From positions 798 through 64,797 of the forward strand of contig DASYEG010000116.1 in assembly GCA_036499145.1 (NCBI GenBank): 64,000 bases of DNA, read 5' to 3'. Of the stretch, positions 55,951-64,000 are shown piece after piece (position 1 is the first letter of the stretch; every line of letters begins with the position of its first letter). Source of the stretch: Micropepsaceae bacterium (GTDB lineage Bacteria > Pseudomonadota > Alphaproteobacteria > Micropepsales > Micropepsaceae). The notes beneath the pieces were generated by a model. That model was not told the DNA's origin, did no database searches, and saw only the letters and a program-made list of their open reading frames with translations. The position numbers and the translations under genes were made by a program.

Positions 55951-57360
55951 TCACGCCACGGCGCGGCGGCCTTGTGGCTCCGCCGCACCTCGCGATGTCT
56001 TGGCGCGCACATTGGCGAGGATCAGGATCCACACGCAGCCGAAGAACATCGGTATCGAGACCAGATAGTACATCGTCTGCAGCGGCCAATGCAGCGCCAG
56101 CATCGTGCCGGCGAACATGACGCTGATTATCGAGCCGACGCGGGCGACGCCATGCGCCCAACTCACGCCGGTCGAGCGAATATCGGTGGGATAGAGTGTT
56201 GCAGCCAGCGCGGCCAGTGTAATCTGGGTGCCGATGTTGAAGAAGCCCGAGGCGAAGATTGTCGCGGCGAGCGGATAGAATGCCCCGCCCGCCCATCCGA
56301 TAGTCGCGATGAACACGCCCCCTGCCGCGAAAGAACCGGCCAGCACCTTGAAAAAGCCGAAGCGGTCGGAGAGAAAGCCGAGCGTGATCACGCCCAGAAT
56401 GCCGCCGAATTGCAGCGAGGCGGCGGCGCGCAAAGCCTGCGCTTCAGGCAGACCGGTTTCGGTGGTCAACGTCGGCAGCCAATTGTTCAGATAATTCAGC
56501 GCCAGAGTGTTCATGAACAGGCACAGCCAGATCAGAACCGTGGCGCTGGTGCGCCCTTCCATGAAGAGACGCACCAGCCTCGGCTGATTGGCGCTTTGTT
56601 CGCGCAGTTCCTGGCGCAACACGAAATGCGTGCCCGGTTCGAAGGTCAGTTCCGGAGCGATCTTGCGCAAAATGGCGATCACGCCATCGCTGCGCCCCTG
56701 CACGGTCAAAAGCCGGATTGATTCCGGCAGCCAAATCCATAGCACCCCCGCCATGACGAACGTCATAGAGGCCGCGGCATAAAATTGCGCCTGCCAGCCG
56801 AAAGCCGGAACCAGATGGGACGCGAGCAAACCGCCCGAGGCCGAGCCCATCGCATAGCCGCAGCCCATCAGCGTGACCATGGCGGCGCGCCTGGCTTGGG
56901 GCGCAAATTCATTCACGATCACCACGGCAAGCGGCACCGCCGCGCCAAGGCCAAGCCCCGTGAGAAAGCGCAAGCCCATCAGCACGTTCAAATTCGATGC
57001 GTCGGGAATCGCAGGCAACAACAGGGTTGAAATCTCCGGCACTTGCGTGGCGATAAGCGAGAACAACGCGACATAAATCACAGTCAGTACCGTAACCCGT
57101 TTGCGCCCATAGCGGTCGGCTAGGGGCCCAATCACGAGTGCACCAACAGCCACACCAAGAACACCTGAGGAGAATACCGTGCGCAGCGCGCCGCGGGCCA
57201 AATCCCAGTCATGGCTGAGCGCGGGCGCGATATAAGCGATGGACTGGTTGTCAACGCCGTCAAGAAACAAAGTGAGCCCGGCCATGAAGGCTATGAGGCA
57301 CTGATAACGACTGACTTTATGAGAATCGATGACGTCCGCGACATCGACCGTCCCGGTCAT
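55951..57360 (-). CDS. MFS transporter, aromatic-acid:H+ symporter (AAHS/PcaK-like) type
   Basis: 469 aa with 12 predicted helices. The N-terminus (SRYQCLIAFMAGLTLFLDGVDNQSIAYIAPAL, PLADRYGRKRV) is typical of 4-hydroxybenzoate/benzoate-type MFS transporters. Confidence 0.8.
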   Translation of the reverse strand: MTGTVDVADVIDSHKVSRYQCLIAFMAGLTLFLDGVDNQSIAYIAPALSHDWDLARGALRTVFSSGVLGVAVGALVIGPLADRYGRKRVTVLTVIYVALFSLIATQVPEISTLLLPAIPDASNLNVLMGLRFLTGLGLGAAVPLAVVIVNEFAPQARRAAMVTLMGCGYAMGSASGGLLASHLVPAFGWQAQFYAAASMTFVMAGVLWIWLPESIRLLTVQGRSDGVIAILRKIAPELTFEPGTHFVLRQELREQSANQPRLVRLFMEGRTSATVLIWLCLFMNTLALNYLNNWLPTLTTETGLPEAQALRAAASLQFGGILGVITLGFLSDRFGFFKVLAGSFAAGGVFIATIGWAGGAFYPLAATIFASGFFNIGTQITLAALAATLYPTDIRSTGVSWAHGVARVGSIISVMFAGTMLALHWPLQTMYYLVSIPMFFGCVWILILANVRAKTSRGAAEPQGRRAVA

Positions 57361-57436
57361 GGCTCCCCCAATGCATCTTTAGCGTATTGAGCAAGCTACA
57401 CAAAAAAAAACGCTCTGTCTCAGCGATGCCGTTTCA

Positions 57437-57451
57437 GTATAACTCCTATAC
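57437..57451. promoter_or_regulatory. candidate LysR-type T-N11-A operator
   Basis: GTATAactccTATAC dyad, containing T-ATAACTCCTAT-A. It lies in the 209-nt divergent gap between the MFS operon (start 57360) and the LysR gene (start 57570). Confidence 0.4.
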
Positions 57452-57569
57452 CGAAAGGGTCTTGTGCTTGCGGCGGACCTCAAAGACGGCATCTTCTCTG
57501 GCGGCTCGTCCAATGCGACAATCGTTACATCCCGCCGGTAAAAACAATCTGTGAGACCATGAGGATCGC

Positions 57570-58613
57570 GTGGATATCCGGAAGCTGATGTATTTCGTTG
57601 CTGTGAGCGAACAGAAAAGCTTCACAAAGGCCGCAGAGATTCTGCGGATCGCGCAGCCTGCCCTCGGGCTCCAGATTCGCCAGTTGGAACAACAACTGAA
57701 GGTTCAGCTTCTCGTGCGTCATTCCCGCGGCGCGGAATTGACGGACGCAGGCGTTATTCTGCTGCAACATGCGCGTGACATCCTCGAACGAATCGAACTG
57801 GCGGGTGCTGCGATACGCGATTCGACGTCTACGCAGGGCGAGCGCATTATCATCGGCATGGCGCCGAGCATTTCGGCGATGCTGTCGTATCCTTTGATCA
57901 AATTGGGCGCGCAGAAGCTTCCCAATGTCACCATCGTTCTCGTCGAGGAACTCAGTTCCGTGCTTCTCGAATGGTTAGAGAATGGCCGGATCGATATTGC
58001 GATCGGGTACGAACTGCTGCATTCGGCCAAGGTTGCAGGCGATCCATTATTCGTCCAGGATTTCTTTCTCGTGCAGTCACCCAAAGCAAAGACTCGGCGA
58101 AGGAACCTCAATTTCGCCGAGCTTGCCGATATCGAGCTTTTAATGCCCGCGAGTCCGCATGGGCTGCGCGAACTTATGGAAGCAGGCGCAGCGCGGCTGG
58201 GGATCCATCTGAAAATCCGCTTCGAAGTACAATCCATTTCGGTGATGAAAGAGCTGGTGGAACAGGGAATTTGCGCCGCGGTCCTTTCCTATGGCGCAGT
58301 TGCACGCGAATGCGAGAAAGGCCGGCTCGTCGCAACCGAAATCGTCAATCCGACTGTCAAGCGGATCGCCTATCTTGCCTATTCCCTGCGCAGGCCGCGG
58401 TCCAAAGCAAAGGACGCAGTATTGGCATTTATCCGCGAGTTGGCGCTGAAGCAAAAGGGCGTCAATTCCGATCTTCACAGTATGGCTCCATCGTCCGGAC
58501 GGGCGACTAAAGATTTAGGCGCGCAAAAAAAACATCGGCGAAACGGCGTGACGAAGCCGCGTACAGTCCTAACGAGTTCCGGGGGGCCAGCATTTGGTGG
58601 GCGAAAGACCTAG
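57570..58613 (+). CDS. LysR family transcriptional regulator
   Basis: GTG start. MDIRKLMYFVAVSEQKSFTKAAEILRIAQPALGLQIRQLEQQL is the canonical LysR HTH. Has about 45 aa of basic, low-complexity C-terminal extension. Confidence 0.9.
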   Translation: MDIRKLMYFVAVSEQKSFTKAAEILRIAQPALGLQIRQLEQQLKVQLLVRHSRGAELTDAGVILLQHARDILERIELAGAAIRDSTSTQGERIIIGMAPSISAMLSYPLIKLGAQKLPNVTIVLVEELSSVLLEWLENGRIDIAIGYELLHSAKVAGDPLFVQDFFLVQSPKAKTRRRNLNFAELADIELLMPASPHGLRELMEAGAARLGIHLKIRFEVQSISVMKELVEQGICAAVLSYGAVARECEKGRLVATEIVNPTVKRIAYLAYSLRRPRSKAKDAVLAFIRELALKQKGVNSDLHSMAPSSGRATKDLGAQKKHRRNGVTKPRTVLTSSGGPAFGGRKT

Positions 58614-58774
58614 CATGATCGCGGTTGCCGCCCAAGTAAGCGCCCTCTTATGAGTGTATTCGATATAGCTCCCAAAATTTTTTGTGCGTTTGCCGGGTCT
58701 GTGGCAAACCCAACCATCGGGATAGTTCCTTCGACGTCTACGTGCAGCACAATAACTTTATCGGGGAGGGCTCA

Positions 58775-60250
58775 ATGCCAGCGGCGGTTTTGAGAAATGA
58801 GTGGAAGCCGGTCCATGCCAGGATGCTTATCGGCGGAGAATGGACCATCAGTACGCAGCGGATCGAGGTGTTCAGTCCCGCCCGGCCCGATGAATTGGTG
58901 GGCACAGTTCCGCGCGGCACGCCGGCGGATGTGGAGCGCGCAATTGCGGCCGCAAAGGCGGCGCAACCCGTTTGGGCTTCGAAGAGCTATAGCGAGCGGG
59001 CACGGATTATTGCCCCCCTGCTCGAACGGTTGGCCGATGATATCGATGAGCGCACCGTTCTCTATGTGCGCGAGAACGGCAAGACCACCCCGGAAGCCAG
59101 GGGCGAGCTTGCCGGCGTTCCTTCACGCCAGCGCCTCACGCTTGACCTGGCAGCGGAATTGGATCAGCGGCGTGAAGCCGATGCGCCTAATGGCAAAAGC
59201 TTTGTCGGCTATCTTCCATTTGGCGTTGTCGTATCCATCGTGCCTTGGAATGCGCCCATGGGTCTCGCGTTTCTTCAGATAATTCCCGCCTTGCTTGCCG
59301 GAAACACAGTCGTGCTGAAGCCGCCAGAGACCTGTCCGTTGTCGCTCATCCGTGCGATCGAGATGATCGCGCCGATGCTTCCTCCGGGGGTTATCAATGT
59401 GGTGACCGGGTTGCCAACCGAGATCGGCGATACGCTCACAACGCATCCAGATGTGGACAAGGTCGCGTTTACGGGCAGTGTGGCGGCTGCGCGTAAAATC
59501 ATGGCCAATGCCGCACTGACGATCAAAGGCATTACCCTGGAGCTCGGCGGCAACGACCCCGCGATTTTGTTGGAAGATGCCGATCTTGGCGATGCCGCGA
59601 TGGGGCGCATGGCGAATTCGGTGTACCGCATGACGGGTCAGGTGTGCATGGCGATCAAACGGATCTACGTTCCGGAATCCATCAAGGGCAGATTCCTCGA
59701 CGCTTTCACCCGGACTGTCGACAAGATCGTGGCCGGCGATGGCCTGGACACGACCGTGACCATGGGGCCGATGCATACCGCGCGGGCCCTGGAGCGGGCG
59801 CAGGCCATCGTTGCCGATGCGGCCAAGCGAGGCGCAAAAGTCCAGATCTTGGGCCAGGTTCCGGATAAAGCAGCATTCGGCCACGGGCATTTCATGCAGC
59901 CTACCGTCGTCAGCGACATTGCCGAAGACGCGCCCTTGGTGGTGGAGGAGCAATTCTGTCCGGCGGTACCTGTCGCGACATATCGCGATGTGGACGACGC
60001 CATCGCCCGTGCAAATGCAACAATCTATGGTTTTGGCGGGTCGATCTGGAGCCGGGATATCGCACGCGCCACCGATCTTGCGCGGCAACTGCATGCGGGA
60101 ACGGTGTTCGTCAACACGCATGGAACCGAAAGCGTCAATCGCAAGCTGCCCTATGGCGGAATCAAACACAGCGGTATCGGACGGCGCGCGGGGATCGAGG
60201 GCGTCAGAGAGTATATGCAAGTTCAGACATTGACGACGTTCGAGCAATGA
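58775..60250 (+). CDS. NAD(P)-dependent aldehyde dehydrogenase
   Basis: ORF 58682..60250 with start set to ATG 58775 after GGGGAGGG. Has catalytic Glu (LELGGNDP) and Cys (GQVCMAIKR) motifs and a cofactor motif (FTGSVAAAR). Confidence 0.9.
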   Translation: MPAAVLRNEWKPVHARMLIGGEWTISTQRIEVFSPARPDELVGTVPRGTPADVERAIAAAKAAQPVWASKSYSERARIIAPLLERLADDIDERTVLYVRENGKTTPEARGELAGVPSRQRLTLDLAAELDQRREADAPNGKSFVGYLPFGVVVSIVPWNAPMGLAFLQIIPALLAGNTVVLKPPETCPLSLIRAIEMIAPMLPPGVINVVTGLPTEIGDTLTTHPDVDKVAFTGSVAAARKIMANAALTIKGITLELGGNDPAILLEDADLGDAAMGRMANSVYRMTGQVCMAIKRIYVPESIKGRFLDAFTRTVDKIVAGDGLDTTVTMGPMHTARALERAQAIVADAAKRGAKVQILGQVPDKAAFGHGHFMQPTVVSDIAEDAPLVVEEQFCPAVPVATYRDVDDAIARANATIYGFGGSIWSRDIARATDLARQLHAGTVFVNTHGTESVNRKLPYGGIKHSGIGRRAGIEGVREYMQVQTLTTFEQ

Positions 60251-60251
60251 A

Positions 60252-62711
60252 TTGCATGCTCAGACTCCATTGGAGATCGCGATAGGCGAGGAAAGGGACA
60301 CCGCCGCGGACTCGGACACGCATGAGACCGCTCAGCTGCTGGCCGAAGCGATTCGCCTGCATCGGTCGGGGCGGATGGCCGACGCTGCGCGCCTCTGTGA
60401 GCGCGTGCGTCAGCACGCGCCGGACAATTTGACGGCATTGCTGCTATCGGGAACGATCGAGCTGCAGTCTGGCCGACATCATGCGGCCGACCAATATTTC
60501 CAGCTTGCGCAAGCGGCCGCACCGCACTCAGTCGACGCGGCCACCGCGCGGTCGAACACGCTCAGAGCGATCGGCAAACATGATCAGGCCCTTGCTGTAC
60601 TCGAGGATATTCTCCGGCACAGCCCCGATCACGCAATCGCATGGAACAATCGGGGTAATCTGCTGCTGGAAATGGGGCGAAACACTAATGCGATCGAGAG
60701 TTATGACCGCGCGATTTCGCTTCATCCCAATTACCTCGACGCATTGCACAATCGTGGCGTCGCACGAATGGCTTCAGGCGACAATTTTGCGGCGGAAGCC
60801 GACCTCACGCGGGCTCTGGAGCTGAAACCGGATTACGTCCCTGCCCTTGTGAACCGCGGAACGGCGCGCGTCCAGCAAAGTCCGGAGCGCGCACATGACG
60901 CGATCACGGACCTTCGGCAGGCCGTCCTGTTGGAGAGAACAAACCCCGATGCGTGGCATATGCTGGGCCGAAGCTATCTTGCGCTCGGACAGCATGCGGA
61001 AGCCTTGTCCAATTGGTCCACGGGGCTGGCGCGGCACGCGAACCATGCGGCGATGCGACACGACAGGGCTTTTTTATTCAACGCGCTCGGCCGCTATTCC
61101 GATGCCGCTACCGATTTCGAACGGCTGATTGCGCTGAACCTCCATGATGCGGCGGCATGGCAGGGACGCGGAATCGCGCTGGCGCGGCTGAATCATGAAA
61201 AAGAGGCGCTCGAGAGCTTTTCGCAAGCGCTGAGATTCAGGCCCGACGATGTTGTGTCTCTGTACAATCGCGCGGCGATTTTTTCCAGGTTGAAACGCTA
61301 TGAGGAAGCCGCTTCCGATCTGGAGGTTCTGGTCGCTGCGGATCCTGAATTTCCGCTCGCCCGCGGGCTGTTGCTGAGCGCGCGACTGTATCTATCCGAC
61401 TGGAAGGGACTGGAACGGCAACGCGAGGCCATCGATGCCTGCGTGCGGCGCGGTTCGAGGGTGATCCATCCATTTGCACATCTTCTGATATCGGATTGCT
61501 CAGCCGCGCAGCTCGCTTGCGCGCGGCGGCACACCTCTGGCGCGTATCCCACCGCGCGCGTGCCGCTCTATCGCGGTGAGCAATACAGCCATGAAAAAAT
61601 TCGCGTGGCATATTTTTCGGGTGATTTTTACCAGCACGCCGTCCCATCTCTGATTGCGGGCGTGCTGGAAAATCACGATTCCAGCCGGTTTGAGATTCTT
61701 GGGATTTCCTACGGCGGTAACGACAAGAGCCCGATGCGCGCGCGCTTGGAGAAAGCATGCGCCCGCTTTTTCGACGTGCGCGAACGCGATGATGCATCGA
61801 TCGCGACACTGCTCCGGAATCTGGAAGTCGATATGATCATCGACCTGAAGGGCCACACCGGCCCCGAACGTCCTGGAATACTCGCTCACCGGCCTTGTCC
61901 GGTGCAGGTGAATTATCTCGGTTATCCCGGAACCATGGGGGCCGATTATATGGATTATCTCATCGCCGACCGGATCGTAATCCCGCCGGAACAGCGGCAG
62001 TTTTATTCCGAACAGATCGTCTACCTGCCCGATACGTATCAGGCAAATGATTCCGCGCGCCCGATAGCGCCGGACGGTATTACCCGCGGCGATGCAGGCC
62101 TGCCGGAGGCGGCATTTGTATTTTGTTGCTTCAATGGCAGTCAGAAAATTCTGCCGCCAGTATTTGATTCCTGGATGCGGATTTTGTCGCACTCCGAAAA
62201 CAGTGTCCTTTGGTTGCTTGAGGACAATCAAGGCACGGCCGTGAATCTTCGTCGTGAGGCGCAGGCGCGAGGTATTGCAGCAGAGCGATTGATTTTTGCC
62301 CGCCACGAGCGGCCTGACCGCCACCTCGCCCGGCTCAAATTGGCTGATCTCGTTGTGGATACGCTGCCCTATGGAGCGCACACAACGGCCAGCGATGCGC
62401 TGTGGGCCGGAGTACCGGTGCTGACCTGCATCGGATCAAGTTTTGCCGGGCGTGTCGCCGCAAGCCTTCTCACGGCCGCCGGCCTGCCTGAACTGATCAT
62501 GCAATCGGTTGTTGAATATGAAGCAACGGCGCAAAATTTCGCCGCTACGCCGGGACTGTTGTTGAAAATCCGGGAAAAGCTGGCGCGCAACCGCGAAAGC
62601 TGCGCGTTGTTCGATACGGTTCGTATGACGCGGAACCTCGAAGCCGCTTATGTGAAAATGTGGCAGCGCCACCAGCGCGGCGAATCTCCCACGGGCTTTG
62701 CGTTACCCTGA
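60252..62711 (+). CDS. TPR + GT41 glycosyltransferase, paralog 6 (about 819 aa)
   Basis: Begins 1 nt after the ALDH stop. A TTG start at 60252 is assumed and is uncertain. About 446 aa of TPR repeats come first. Then YFSGDFYQHAVP, RPCPVQVNYLGYPGTMGADYMDYLIAD, FNGSQKILPP, YGAHTTASDALWAGVP. Confidence 0.85.
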   Translation: MHAQTPLEIAIGEERDTAADSDTHETAQLLAEAIRLHRSGRMADAARLCERVRQHAPDNLTALLLSGTIELQSGRHHAADQYFQLAQAAAPHSVDAATARSNTLRAIGKHDQALAVLEDILRHSPDHAIAWNNRGNLLLEMGRNTNAIESYDRAISLHPNYLDALHNRGVARMASGDNFAAEADLTRALELKPDYVPALVNRGTARVQQSPERAHDAITDLRQAVLLERTNPDAWHMLGRSYLALGQHAEALSNWSTGLARHANHAAMRHDRAFLFNALGRYSDAATDFERLIALNLHDAAAWQGRGIALARLNHEKEALESFSQALRFRPDDVVSLYNRAAIFSRLKRYEEAASDLEVLVAADPEFPLARGLLLSARLYLSDWKGLERQREAIDACVRRGSRVIHPFAHLLISDCSAAQLACARRHTSGAYPTARVPLYRGEQYSHEKIRVAYFSGDFYQHAVPSLIAGVLENHDSSRFEILGISYGGNDKSPMRARLEKACARFFDVRERDDASIATLLRNLEVDMIIDLKGHTGPERPGILAHRPCPVQVNYLGYPGTMGADYMDYLIADRIVIPPEQRQFYSEQIVYLPDTYQANDSARPIAPDGITRGDAGLPEAAFVFCCFNGSQKILPPVFDSWMRILSHSENSVLWLLEDNQGTAVNLRREAQARGIAAERLIFARHERPDRHLARLKLADLVVDTLPYGAHTTASDALWAGVPVLTCIGSSFAGRVAASLLTAAGLPELIMQSVVEYEATAQNFAATPGLLLKIREKLARNRESCALFDTVRMTRNLEAAYVKMWQRHQRGESPTGFALP

Positions 62712-62886
62712 CGCAATCCGGTGGCCGTCAAAAACGCCGGCAATCGCAGCAATCACGAATGACGCGATGGCGTCCGTTCGATCAGGGGAGAGCAAGCCGA
62801 AATGGCTCCTATATTCTTTTGTTTGTGGTGCGCAGAGCCCGCATCATGGAGGATCGGCTTTCGCATGTACCTTCGGGAGGGGTTCG

Positions 62887-63651
62887 ATGGAAGAATTTCG
62901 CGTTCACGCTCGCGCTGGGGTCGCCATCGCGGCTGCGTTGGCTTTTTCGGCGATAGCCGGTTCGGCCTATGGCGCGGGCGCCACGCCGGACATTTCCGGC
63001 ACCTACTGGACGCCGCGCTATTACGCCACGCTTCCGATCGTAGGCGGCGGTGCCCTGCCCCTCACCGCGATGGGCAAGGAGGCCTATGCCAAGAATCAAG
63101 CCGGACTGAAGAGCGGTGAAATCACCGACGCAGCGCGCAAATTCTGCGTGCCTGACGGGATGCCGCGCGCGATGGCAAGTCCCTATCCGTTCGAGATCAT
63201 TCAAGATCCGGCCAACCAAATCACCATGGTCCACGAACTCAATCACCAGATTCGCGTGATTATGATGGACAAGCCGCTGCAGACTTACGAGCAAGTCGTT
63301 GCCTTTCCCTATTACAATGGCCATTCGGTAGGCCATTGGGAAGGCGACACGCTGGTGGTCCAGACCAACGGCTTCAACGAGAAGACCTTTCTCGATGCGA
63401 CCGGCGCGCCGCACTCGGACATGCTGGTAACCACGGAGCGGATCCGCAAGACGGGCGCGAACCAGCTCGAGGATGTGATAACGATCCACGATCCCGACTA
63501 TTACACGCGCGATTTCCAGGCGCGCTTTACCTATGTGCTCCGCAACGACGTCCATCTCGAGGATTATGTCTGCGGCGAACCGCATCGCAACATCGACATG
63601 ATTCCCGGCATCCCCGAAGCTCGGCGGGCCAATGCCGCAGCCGGTCGATAG
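62887..63651 (+). CDS. secreted protein, uncharacterised paralog family, divergent copy P6 (254 aa)
   Basis: ORF 62698..63651 with start set to ATG 62887 after GGGAGGGG. Signal peptide MEEFRVHARAGVAIAAALAFSAIAGSAYGA. Core NGHSVGHWEGDTLVVQTNGFNEKTFLDATGAPHSDMLVTTERIRK. Lacks the PDF tail. Confidence 0.8.
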   Translation: MEEFRVHARAGVAIAAALAFSAIAGSAYGAGATPDISGTYWTPRYYATLPIVGGGALPLTAMGKEAYAKNQAGLKSGEITDAARKFCVPDGMPRAMASPYPFEIIQDPANQITMVHELNHQIRVIMMDKPLQTYEQVVAFPYYNGHSVGHWEGDTLVVQTNGFNEKTFLDATGAPHSDMLVTTERIRKTGANQLEDVITIHDPDYYTRDFQARFTYVLRNDVHLEDYVCGEPHRNIDMIPGIPEARRANAAAGR

Positions 63652-63679
63652 CGCAACAAGCCTCTGTGTCTCTTCATCA

Positions 63680-63714
63680 GCCGCCGGATCGCATCCGGCG
63701 GCTTCGTCTTTTTT
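63680..63714 (+). terminator. rho-independent terminator after P6
   Basis: GCCGCCGGAT-cgc-ATCCGGCGGC forms a 10-bp perfect stem, followed by TTCGTCTTTTTT. Confidence 0.8.
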
Positions 63715-63896
63715 AGACCCTGCCACAACCCTCCTCACTGCCCGCGTTTGTCTTTGGACAAGGGGCACGCCGTTCATGAATCTTATAGCTGCGTTCACCT
63801 TTTTATATGACCGGCGGCTGCGTCGGCGGATTAAAGTCGACTGCGATGCGGCCACGGTTTTCGGTATCCCCGCGTGCCACTAACGAGGAGATAAGG

Positions 63897-64000
63897 ATGA
63901 AATTTAAAGCACTTGGGTTGGCGGCAGCGGCGCTTGGCCTGTATGCGATCCCGGCACTCGCACATCATTCCTTCGCGATGTTCGACGCGGACAAGAAGAT
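63897..64000 (+). CDS. small secreted protein, DUF6152-like (N-terminal fragment; continues beyond window)
   Basis: AGGAGATAAGG RBS. MKFKALGLAAAALGLYAIPALA|HHSFAMFDADKK is a signal peptide followed directly by HHSF, as I remember for DUF6152 proteins. Confidence 0.5.
   Translation, partial: MKFKALGLAAAALGLYAIPALAHHSFAMFDADKK

Noticed and set aside
62802-62811. ATGGCTCCTA upstream of P6, matching the complement of the TTAGGAGCCAT repeat
   Set aside because: It is a single 10-nt match with no second repeat and no TTGAYC-n17-GACAGT core. That is too short to separate from chance without a genome-wide motif scan.
1-64000. Scan for tRNA/rRNA genes, CRISPR arrays, IS elements, integrases, toxin-antitoxin pairs or known defence genes
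   Set aside because: Intergenic gaps are short (mostly under 270 nt). None shows cloverleaf-like structure or regularly spaced repeats. No ORF carries transposase, integrase or nuclease signatures that I could recognise.

Overview
Densely coding, high-GC window (about 60-65% on lines I sampled by eye) that looks alphaproteobacterial: PodJ-like polar factor, a TauE + TIGR02186-like pair, lutABC, modA/mop. I found no rRNA, tRNA, CRISPR array, IS element or integrase. The ORF track uses alternative start codons and has many long antisense shadow ORFs. I refined starts using RBS and ATGA overlaps and discarded the shadows.

Positions 1-41.6 kb are mostly ordinary metabolism and signalling:
- AKR-SDR-patatin operon
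- CAP lipoprotein, DUF962, PodJ-like protein, TauE pair
- glutaryl-CoA dehydrogenase, acyltransferase + lutABC
- FIST + PAS histidine kinase
- M16 peptidase, modA / split modE / mop
- ABC-F ATPase, GAF histidine kinase

Four things stand out:
1. An MFS exporter is translationally coupled to five tandem TPR-GT41 (OGT/SPINDLY-like) glycosyltransferase paralogs (18.2-30.4 kb). The catalytic module is near constant and the TPR arms are very different. A sixth copy sits at 60.3-62.7 kb.
2. An accessory-looking region (41.8-64 kb) is built around a 1099-aa TonB-dependent receptor and six paralogs of an uncharacterised secreted protein family (core motif GxSxGHWEGDTLVVDTxG). Five of the six end in a conserved tail, P(T/M)AxxPDF-COOH. 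They are interleaved with periplasmic and cytoplasmic catabolic-type enzymes (MBL-fold, VOC, ThDP enzyme, alpha/beta hydrolase, ALDH), an AAHS-type MFS transporter and a LysR regulator.
3. A conserved ~85-nt AT-rich element with direct repeats and a promoter-like core is present twice in that region.
4. A penicillin-acylase-family gene is translationally coupled to a GH3 amido-synthetase-family gene.

All functional calls come from reading motifs in the translations. No database search was run.
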